A stretch of 20,000 nucleotides of DNA, taken from an uncultured virus (IMG/VR IMGVR_UViG_3300024251_000006). Taxonomy: Duplodnaviria > Heunggongvirae > Uroviricota > Caudoviricetes. Positions 1-6,037 of this stretch are shown here, in pieces (positions within the stretch are counted from its first letter, which is position 1; every line of letters starts with the position of its first letter). The notes beneath the pieces are model-generated. The model searched no databases. It saw only the letters and a program-made list of their open reading frames with translations, and had not been told where the DNA came from. The translations under genes and the position numbers were made by a program. The DNA is taken from IMG/VR virus record IMGVR_UViG_3300024251_000006; one strand, given 5' to 3'.

Positions 1-67
1 TGCCTCCGTGTTTATCGTCGTGTCCCGACGTAGCCCCTTCCCGGCGAGCTTGCCGTATTACCAACTA

Positions 68-349
68 CTACGCTGCTACTGCCAATTCCCGTGTCGCTAC
101 CATGCCATAATTCGTTGGCGTCCTCTTATCATTCCTCCGGTATATCGCATACAGTTTCGCCGGATCGTCAATCGCCATAAGCAGGCGAAACGCTTCCATC
201 TCGCATGCCTCTTTTAGCTCTGCGTACGGTTGGCGACCTAGCACTTCAATCGCCGCTTCCGCCTTGCGTACATCCTCTTGATACTTGGCACTCCCATTCG
301 ACTTGCTAGTGCGAACTGGAATTGCCATACCGCAGTGTGGACAGTTCAT
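68..349 (-). CDS. hypothetical phage protein with N-terminal CxxC (CPHC) motif
   Basis: 93-aa ORF with SD GGAGG (aggaggcaaactaATG); co-oriented with the neighbouring leftward genes. Confidence 0.7.
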   Translation of the reverse strand: MNCPHCGMAIPVRTSKSNGSAKYQEDVRKAEAAIEVLGRQPYAELKEACEMEAFRLLMAIDDPAKLYAIYRRNDKRTPTNYGMVATRELAVAA

Positions 350-409
350 TAGTTTGCCTCCTAGTGAAAGTGTGTCCCATCCCAGCCATTCCCCGCCGCT
401 GGTGCGGTA

Positions 410-607
410 CTACTTGGATAAAACCTTAAGAATCTCTCGAAAATATGCCGCATCCTCTAGCCACATTTCACGTTGTTGTCCACTCTTTTCTTTAGCTAAT
501 CGAATGCAATTCTCGTAACGTTCCAACACCCATTCATCTAGCGGCAAGAGTCTGTTCCGTGTAGCCCAATATAGTTCTGCTAATTCCTCGGGACTCTCAC
601 CGCTCAT
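410..607 (-). CDS. hypothetical phage protein (65 aa)
   Basis: Start overlaps the end of the upstream 597-827 gene; charged, helical-looking composition. Confidence 0.6.
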   Translation of the reverse strand: MSGESPEELAELYWATRNRLLPLDEWVLERYENCIRLAKEKSGQQREMWLEDAAYFREILKVLSK

Positions 608-827
608 TGCGCTTTACCTGCCATTCCCATGCGTCCCTATATCCTTCCATGTATGAATCCGCACAATCGGTTTCGCATGTATTAGGACAAGTTTCTTGTT
701 TCGCGTTACCATCTAGCGCGTCCAATCTACCGGCCTCGCGTCCCATACGGCGGTAAGAATCTAGGCGAATGGAGCGCAATTCTGCTTTAGTGAACTGTTT
801 TCCTTGTGTTCCTACGATTCTTGCCAT
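597..827 (-). CDS. hypothetical phage protein (76 aa, MARIVGTQGK...)
   Basis: Start reassigned to ATG at 827, which overlaps the upstream TAA (TAATG coupling); ends ...SYMEGYRDAWEW... Confidence 0.65.
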   Translation of the reverse strand: MARIVGTQGKQFTKAELRSIRLDSYRRMGREAGRLDALDGNAKQETCPNTCETDCADSYMEGYRDAWEWQVKRNER

Positions 828-922
828 TACAACCTCGCCAATGAGAGAATGTACGTCAACGCCACACCTATCGCCACAAATCCCACCACCGTACATACCA
901 GCCTACTAAGTAGAGTTAACAT
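827..922 (-). CDS. small single-TM membrane peptide, 31 aa (MLTLLSRLVCTVVGFVAIGVALTYILSLARL), absent from the ORF track
   Basis: Strong SD (cggaggcaaccATG), directly behind the promoter at 942-970, TAATG coupling to the next gene, hydrophobic core. Confidence 0.65.
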   Translation of the reverse strand: MLTLLSRLVCTVVGFVAIGVALTYILSLARL

Positions 923-941
923 GGTTGCCTCCGTTGTATTC

Positions 942-970
942 AGTGTGCACTACAGTGCATACCGTGTCAA
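942..970 (-). promoter_or_regulatory. sigma70-like promoter TTGACA-N17-CACACT with palindrome TGCACT-AC-AGTGCA (946-959) across the spacer
   Basis: Perfect -35 hexamer and 17-nt spacer; T-rich upstream; followed by SD and ATG at 922. Confidence 0.6.
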
Positions 971-978
971 GAGAAAAG

Positions 979-1476
979 TTAAACTCTCACCCACAAAAGA
1001 TAAGGCCACTTATACTCAATCGGCGCATGCCGTCCTTCGGCATTCAATCTAGCGTGTTCTTCGCGCCACTGTGCCAATTCAGGCCATGCTGCCATCTGTG
1101 CTTTGGTAGCAGGACGTACACGCGCAGGGGCACCGTGGTCAGTAGCATCCCACCAATATGTATAGGTCAACTCTTCGGTGATCTTGTGCGTACTCTTCGG
1201 ACCACCAGCGCGGTTAATGGCCTGTGCTTCAGCGTAGACGTTCTCACCTACAGCTTTCAGTTCATAGCGCACACCGTCGATCTTGGCGTTGCGCGTGGGC
1301 CTCACACCGTCCGCCGTCCGCATGCAACCGTGATTCTTTCCGCCACAAGAGCAGCGGCAAACATCTTCCCGCGCTTCCCAACATGCCTCACCGCAAGTGG
1401 CCTCAGACAAGAATGCGATAATCGGCGATATGCCGGCCGCTATCTTGCGCTGGATAGGATTCATAGGCGTGTCCAT
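979..1476 (-). CDS. Cys-rich putative Zn-binding phage protein (CGEACWEAREDVCRCSCGGKNHG)
   Basis: Start reassigned to ATG 1476 (SD GAGGGT, downstream of promoter 1496-1525); C-x3-C-x7-C-x-C-x-C-x4-H cluster. Confidence 0.7.
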   Translation of the reverse strand: MDTPMNPIQRKIAAGISPIIAFLSEATCGEACWEAREDVCRCSCGGKNHGCMRTADGVRPTRNAKIDGVRYELKAVGENVYAEAQAINRAGGPKSTHKITEELTYTYWWDATDHGAPARVRPATKAQMAAWPELAQWREEHARLNAEGRHAPIEYKWPYLLWVRV

Positions 1477-1495
1477 ATTACCCTCACTAGTGTCC

Positions 1496-1525
1496 ACTAT
1501 ACGGGCACACAAGAATACTTGTCAA
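1496..1525 (-). promoter_or_regulatory. sigma70-like promoter TTGACA-N18-TATAGT for the leftward genes
   Basis: Near-consensus -35 and -10 hexamers on the minus strand, upstream of SD and ATG 1476. Confidence 0.7.
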
Positions 1526-1561
1526 CTGTCAATATCCTGTAGCCGTAAACGGTCATATACC

Positions 1562-1570
1562 TGTGAATAA
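1562..1570 (-). promoter_or_regulatory. DnaA-box-like 9-mer (TTATTCACA)
   Basis: tgtgaataa on + matches consensus TTWTNCACA on -; single copy, could be chance. Confidence 0.3.
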
Positions 1571-1590
1571 CTCAGGACAATATCAGAGTG

Positions 1591-1712
1591 TGTCAACCTT
1601 GACATATGTGTAATATTTGACACACAATGGAGGGAAAAGATGACAGTACACGGCGGCGTTTCACCGCCCGAGCCCTATCGTGTCAGCCTTGACACATATG
1701 TCAGAACTGACA
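1591..1712. repeat. four TGTCA-N4-TGACA palindromes at 1591, 1609 (degenerate TGTAA), 1681 and 1699; two pairs with 18-bp internal spacing, 90 bp apart
   Basis: tgtca-acct-tgaca, tgtaa-tatt-tgaca, tgtca-gcct-tgaca and tgtca-gaac-tgaca read directly. Confidence 0.8.
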
Positions 1713-1938
1713 CACACCTATTGTCAGTCACAGTCTGGTTAGTTTGACAGTCCAGTCCCATAGTCCGCACACCACTCACAGCTGCCATACTGGTTAGCTC
1801 GCTCGCCGCGCGATGCCGTAACCCCGCCCGCCTGGCGCCGGCAGCCGGCCGCAATCGTGCACAATAGGTAGGCATAGGTCGTCAGTTGTCCGGCATATAG
1901 AAGAGGGACGGCGGGGACGCGTCTGCTCCTGTGCTGGC

Positions 1939-1974
1939 CTTTTTTTATTTTTTATTTTCAATTCATGGTATAAG
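1939..1974 (+). promoter_or_regulatory. extended -10 promoter (TG-G-TATAAG) with upstream T-tract, driving the RNA genes
   Basis: TGnTATAAG at 1966-1974, T-rich 1939-1958; predicted +1 near 1980 matches the start of the structured RNA. Confidence 0.55.
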
Positions 1975-1977
1975 GGT

Positions 1978-2052
1978 GAGCCGGGCCAAGCCTGAGTCAG
2001 CCTTGTATGAGGCAGGTGAAGCGGCGGAGCGGTAACCTCCGCACCGGCTCCA
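1978..2052 (+). ncRNA. tRNA-like structured RNA (degenerate tRNA or tRNA mimic)
   Basis: GAGCCGG/CCGGCTC closing stem, GCGGAG-(7 nt)-CTCCGC T-arm-like hairpin, GCCT/AGGC hairpin, ends ...CTCCA, 3 nt before tRNA-Asp. Confidence 0.45.
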
Positions 2053-2055
2053 GAC

Positions 2056-2129
2056 GGGGTCGTCGTCTAGTGACAAGACGCTCGACTGTCGCTCGAAGAA
2101 CGGCGGTTTGATTCCGCTCGACCCCGCCA
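2056..2129 (+). tRNA. tRNA-Asp (anticodon GTC at 2088-2090) with encoded CCA
   Basis: Acceptor GGGGTCG/CGACCCC-G-CCA, D stem GTCT/AGAC, anticodon arm (C)TCGA-CTGTCGC-TCGA(A), T arm GGCGG-TTTGATT-CCGCT; G73 discriminator typical of Asp. Confidence 0.9.
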
Positions 2130-2134
2130 ACTAT

Positions 2135-2566
2135 ATGCGCACCAGTATTCTAACGCTACTTATGCTGATGGTAGTTAATTCGGCGGAGGCACGGCCGAAG
2201 CATTGGTATACGGATCCGAAGTGGTGGGTAGGGGAATTCTTTATAGCGGCGGCGATCGGGGCGGATGCGCAATCTACGGTGTTGCGGACGAACCGCCAGG
2301 TAGAGGGGAATCACCTCCTGGGCAAGAATCCGTCGCGGCAATCGGTGATTGGCGTCGCGGTATTGAGCATGGGCTTGCAGACGACGTATCACGCATTCTG
2401 CTGGAAGCTGACGGTCGGCGAGGACGATCTGAAAGGCTGGCGCATCGTCGGCTATACGGCGATACCGACTGAAGTGGTGGCCATTTACGGCCTGAAGGGT
2501 GCCGTTCACAACTACCATCTGGAGTTCCCTAAAGCCAAGTTCTCGCCGCACATGGAACAACATTAA
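2135..2566 (+). CDS. exported or membrane-associated hypothetical protein
   Basis: Start moved to ATG 2135 because the longer ORF overlaps the tRNA; signal-peptide-like N-terminus (MRTSILTLLMLMVVNSAEA) and further hydrophobic segments. Confidence 0.65.
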   Translation: MRTSILTLLMLMVVNSAEARPKHWYTDPKWWVGEFFIAAAIGADAQSTVLRTNRQVEGNHLLGKNPSRQSVIGVAVLSMGLQTTYHAFCWKLTVGEDDLKGWRIVGYTAIPTEVVAIYGLKGAVHNYHLEFPKAKFSPHMEQH

Positions 2567-2572
2567 ATCCGA

Positions 2573-2602
2573 TTGACATACTGAGGCCGTTCGCGCTACC
2601 GT
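2573..2602 (+). promoter_or_regulatory. sigma70-like promoter TTGACA-N18-TACCGT
   Basis: Intergenic, upstream of GGAGG and ATG 2624. Confidence 0.45.
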
Positions 2603-2623
2603 CCTCGTCCAAATGGAGGAACC

Positions 2624-2866
2624 ATGCTCACCTCACTAGCACTACTGATCGATCACCGTGTAGGGTTCTTCGGCCACGAAGGGGTGGTATGGGCGTTCAT
2701 CGGCCTGATCGCCACCGTCGTCATCATCGCCATATTGTTCAAGATTATGAAGCTGGTATTGCCGGCGCTGGGAGTAGGGGAGCCGTGGGTCTCGGTGATC
2801 TACTGGTTTGCCGTGCTGCTGTGCGTGCTGATCTTCCTGAACTACTCGTTCGGAGGGTGGTTCTAA
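2624..2866 (+). CDS. small integral membrane protein (2 clear TM helices; possibly holin-like)
   Basis: SD GGAGG; 80 aa, highly hydrophobic; no endolysin seen in the window. Confidence 0.75.
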   Translation: MLTSLALLIDHRVGFFGHEGVVWAFIGLIATVVIIAILFKIMKLVLPALGVGEPWVSVIYWFAVLLCVLIFLNYSFGGWF

Positions 2867-2890
2867 CAGCTACCATAGTCCACTTATCCC

Positions 2891-2930
2891 TTGACCAATA
2901 GATAGGTTAGTGCTATATAGGCTACCTATC
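2891..2930 (+). promoter_or_regulatory. promoter TTGACC-N17-(TG-C)TATATA overlapped by inverted repeat GATAGGT...ACCTATC (2901-2930)
   Basis: AT-rich intergenic region; the inverted repeat flanks the -10 and ends 1 nt before ATG 2932. Confidence 0.55.
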
Positions 2931-2931
2931 A

Positions 2932-3492
2932 ATGTCCGTATCGTTCTCATTCAAGACTCACTTACCTCTTCCGGCCACCGGTCAGGAGCTGCAGGACCGT
3001 ATCAAGCATCTCTTCGCCATCCGTGAGGCTCTGGATCAGGAGATAGAGACGCTGATGGGCGTCAAGGCTGAGACGGCCAAGCTCTATCACTGCGTACGTT
3101 GCGACTACAAGTGGAAGTCCCGTCTCGCTCATCGGCCGAAGATGTGCCCAAGCTGCCGCGTCAAGCGCTTCGATCGGCCGCCGCTCTATACCTATGAGGA
3201 GAAGATTGCACGGAAGAAGGAGCTCGCAGCCAAGCGCGTTGAAGTGACCTCGTCGACGCCGGTAGAAGCTCCCATGCCGCATTCCGTGCTGACCCGTCAA
3301 GTCTCTCTCGAGTCCGACAGCATCCAGAACGTGACACTCACCCCGCCGCCAATGCCGATGTCGTTGCGAGAACGCCTGGAATGGATGAAGACGCAGCCGC
3401 CGCCAGTTGTGGTAGTAGAGTCTGAGCCAATCATTGAACATACTGAGGAAGAGTTGATGGAGGCTATCAACGGTGAATCCGATGCTACTTAA
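2932..3492 (+). CDS. zinc-ribbon protein (CVRC-x3-W...PKMCPSC) with low-complexity C-terminus; possible DNA-binding regulator
   Basis: Two CxxC knuckles separated by 14 residues, preceded by a coiled-coil-like helix. Confidence 0.75.
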   Translation: MSVSFSFKTHLPLPATGQELQDRIKHLFAIREALDQEIETLMGVKAETAKLYHCVRCDYKWKSRLAHRPKMCPSCRVKRFDRPPLYTYEEKIARKKELAAKRVEVTSSTPVEAPMPHSVLTRQVSLESDSIQNVTLTPPPMPMSLRERLEWMKTQPPPVVVVESEPIIEHTEEELMEAINGESDAT

Positions 3493-3841
3493 GGTAACTC
3501 CCCGCCTAGAAGAGAGAATCAACGCCCGCTGGCTCTACTGGTCCCCATGGATGCTCATCCTGGCCCGCAAGAAGCTGCCGTTCATCTCTATCGACGTCTC
3601 GCTCGGCAGCGCCAGAATGCTCCATCGCGTTCGTTATCTCGACGCCATGAACCAACGCTTACCGGAACATATCATCAAGAAGCGTTCCCTCGACGATCCG
3701 CGGCTGCATCAGGATGAATACCGTATCAAGATGGAAGAAGCGCTACGCAGGAGCACGCTCCATCGTGGTAAACGTAAGGGTATCCGCCGCACACATAAGG
3801 AGATTCTGAAAGGACTGAACAATGTCGCCAGTACAGAATGA
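3473..3841 (+). CDS. basic hypothetical protein
   Basis: SD GGAGG upstream; overlaps both neighbours in operon fashion. Confidence 0.6.
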   Translation: MNPMLLKVTPRLEERINARWLYWSPWMLILARKKLPFISIDVSLGSARMLHRVRYLDAMNQRLPEHIIKKRSLDDPRLHQDEYRIKMEEALRRSTLHRGKRKGIRRTHKEILKGLNNVASTE

Positions 3842-4283
3842 GAAGGTCGTCAATCGTCCTCTTACCGGAAGCGAACTGAAAGCGTATTTGATGAGCATCT
3901 GTGAGAAATTACTTAGCGCTGAAGGGCTTTTATCCGAGCATATCGCCTTCGGCAAAGTCTCCGGCAACATCAAGCTCACTCTCAAGCTGGATAATGCCTA
4001 CTTTCCCGAGTCGGTCACCTCTATCGACTTCCAGAAGGAAGATCCATCAGCTCCACCCTCCAACGACAACGAATTCGCCCAACAAACCGCTACTTGGACC
4101 ATGGATAATCCTAACGCTGAGCGCGTCCGTCTCGGCCTGAAAGTCCCCGTAGAGACCAAGCAACTCGACGGCACGCGGCAGATTGAGCACATCTTGTATC
4201 CATCCGATATGGAAGAGTTGCCGCCTCAACAGGTAGAGATCCGGGACACTACGGTAGAAGGTAAGAAGGAGTGGAAACGATGA
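3822..4283 (+). CDS. hypothetical protein (153 aa)
   Basis: SD AAGGA; coupled to neighbours. Confidence 0.7.
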   Translation: MSPVQNEKVVNRPLTGSELKAYLMSICEKLLSAEGLLSEHIAFGKVSGNIKLTLKLDNAYFPESVTSIDFQKEDPSAPPSNDNEFAQQTATWTMDNPNAERVRLGLKVPVETKQLDGTRQIEHILYPSDMEELPPQQVEIRDTTVEGKKEWKR

Positions 4284-4489
4284 GCGTACATCCTATTCTC
4301 TGGCCCGATATCATCCTAGGCGTCCTCATTGCCGAAGCTATCCTGCACACTACCCGCACCGTGCTGCATCACTTCTCGAGCAAGAGCCGTAACAACATGA
4401 TTGCTCAACGGGTGAACGACATGCGGCCAGCGGCGCTGGATACCTACAGAGCGCGACAGGAACGAGACTTACATGCGCCTCTTGGATGA
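4280..4489 (+). CDS. small protein with N-terminal TM segment
   Basis: ATGA overlap with the upstream stop, SD AAGGAG, hydrophobic ILWPDIILGVLIAEAIL. Confidence 0.6.
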   Translation: MSVHPILWPDIILGVLIAEAILHTTRTVLHHFSSKSRNNMIAQRVNDMRPAALDTYRARQERDLHAPLG

Positions 4490-4712
4490 AGCCAAACAAT
4501 TCTTCTGGCTCCGCCGTATCGCTCTGGCCCTCGAGCGCCAAGCCACCATCGCCGAGAAACAGTTCGAGTTCGCTCAGCAGGAATGGCTGGCTAAGAATGC
4601 TCCCATCCCGCGCAAGAAGACCGAATTCGCCATCATGGACCAGGATGAGATCAATAAGGACTACCTCCGCAGGCTTGAAGCTCAGCGCGACGGTATAGAG
4701 CTGGACGAGTAA
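4473..4712 (+). CDS. hypothetical coiled-coil protein (79 aa)
   Basis: Operon-like overlap; C-ending codon bias like the core genes. Confidence 0.65.
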   Translation: MRLLDEAKQFFWLRRIALALERQATIAEKQFEFAQQEWLAKNAPIPRKKTEFAIMDQDEINKDYLRRLEAQRDGIELDE

Positions 4713-4754
4713 CCTTGTGGCGCAAAGTTCTTTACGCAACAGAAAGATTGAGAG

Positions 4755-5390
4755 ATGATCAGCAAATCCCTCGCCCTCCGCAAGCTCGGCCTGCAGCCCA
4801 AATCCCTGCTCAACGTCCCGCAAATCACTCCTCTGCTCACCGAGATCATGTCCGGCTTGAAGAAGCGCGGCCTGCCTACCGATCCGTATCACTACCTCGA
4901 CGCATCCTCGGACCTAGAAGCCCGCGGCCTCATGTCCGTCTATAAACACTCCTGGAAACAGGTCAGAGATGTGCTCCCACTCGAAGCCTTCTGTGTAGCC
5001 GCCGGCGTCGATCCCAACCGCATCCTGGACTCTCTGGTCCGCGTCATCGAGCGGGTGAAATCCCTAAAATCAGCAGTGAATCTCTCCGTCTCCCAGCCCG
5101 AGATTGTCGAGACCAACATAGAAGCCGCCATGGATGTTGACAACGGCTACAAGGACCGCCGCCTGCACATGCAAGTCTCAGGGTTGATGCCTATGCCCAA
5201 GGGTGCCCGCACCGTCGTCAACGTACAAACCTCAGCCACATCATCATCATCTCCGGTGCAACAGACGGTAGTGGCCGCTCCGGCGCCAGAACAAACAGTG
5301 AGACGCCTCAGCGAGCGCTTACATGCCATCAAGGGCACGCTACCCGAGATTCAGAAGGTTGAAGACGCCATACTGGTTGACGAAGAATGA
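4755..5390 (+). CDS. probable terminase small subunit (positional inference)
   Basis: 211 aa, helical, last core-composition gene before TerL, separated from it only by the MTase; no diagnostic motif recognised. Confidence 0.45.
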   Translation: MISKSLALRKLGLQPKSLLNVPQITPLLTEIMSGLKKRGLPTDPYHYLDASSDLEARGLMSVYKHSWKQVRDVLPLEAFCVAAGVDPNRILDSLVRVIERVKSLKSAVNLSVSQPEIVETNIEAAMDVDNGYKDRRLHMQVSGLMPMPKGARTVVNVQTSATSSSSPVQQTVVAAPAPEQTVRRLSERLHAIKGTLPEIQKVEDAILVDEE

Positions 5391-6037
5391 TTCAGCCTAA
5401 GCGAGTGCTAGACCTATTCTGCGGAGCCGGTGGTGCTGCAATGGGACTACACCGCGCATGGCCAGATGCTGAGATTGTTGGTGTAGATATTAAGCCGCAG
5501 CTAAATTACCCGTTTACGTTTGTGCAGGCTGATGCAATGACATTTGATGTGATAGGTTTTGATTTCATTTGGGCCAGTCCACCGTGCCAGAGATATTCCT
5601 GCGTGACACCAAAAACTCATAGGAATGGCCATCCAGATTTGCTAGTCGGTGTGCGAGATAGATTGTTAGGTCTTAGGGCGGTGGATAAGATTCCTTACGT
5701 GCTTGAAAATGTAGTTGGTGCCCGTAAACACCTCTTAGTTCCAATGATGCTCTGCGGATCAATGTTCAACTTGCGTTGTAGAAGGCATCGCCTTTTTCAA
5801 TTAGGTTTTCCTTGTGCGTCGCCACCCAAAAAATGTGATCATGCTAAGCCTATTCTTCTTGTGACTACCGCAGGAGCTAATAGCCGTAGGATAGGAAATT
5901 TTAAGTCAGTAAAGAATGCGCCGTTGGCCTACGGAATTGATTGGATGAGTGGAGATGAGCTTAAAGAGGCCATTCCTCCCGCTTACTCTGAATATATTGC
6001 CCGTCAGTGGTCTCTGGCACAGAAAGTAGCCGCCTGA
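5387..6037 (+). CDS. DNA (cytosine-5) methyltransferase, compact phage type
   Basis: Motif I LDLFCGAGG, motif IV ASPPCQ, motif VI LENV, motif VIII RRHRLF, motif X-like EAIPP. Confidence 0.9.
   Translation: MIQPKRVLDLFCGAGGAAMGLHRAWPDAEIVGVDIKPQLNYPFTFVQADAMTFDVIGFDFIWASPPCQRYSCVTPKTHRNGHPDLLVGVRDRLLGLRAVDKIPYVLENVVGARKHLLVPMMLCGSMFNLRCRRHRLFQLGFPCASPPKKCDHAKPILLVTTAGANSRRIGNFKSVKNAPLAYGIDWMSGDELKEAIPPAYSEYIARQWSLAQKVAA

Noticed and set aside
925..1542. 205-aa plus-strand ORF
   Set aside because: Antisense to the promoter- and SD-supported Cys-rich gene
1640..1747. 35-aa ORF with a GGAGG SD (MTVHGGVSPPEPY...)
   Set aside because: Runs through the palindrome array with no protein-like features; probably incidental
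1591..1749. CRISPR-like array from the TGTCA/TGACA repeats
   Set aside because: Units are 14-bp palindromes without constant repeat-spacer periodicity, and no cas genes are present
2108..2134. TTG start at 2108 for the 152-aa ORF
   Set aside because: Lies inside the tRNA T arm; ATG 2135 gives a proper signal peptide
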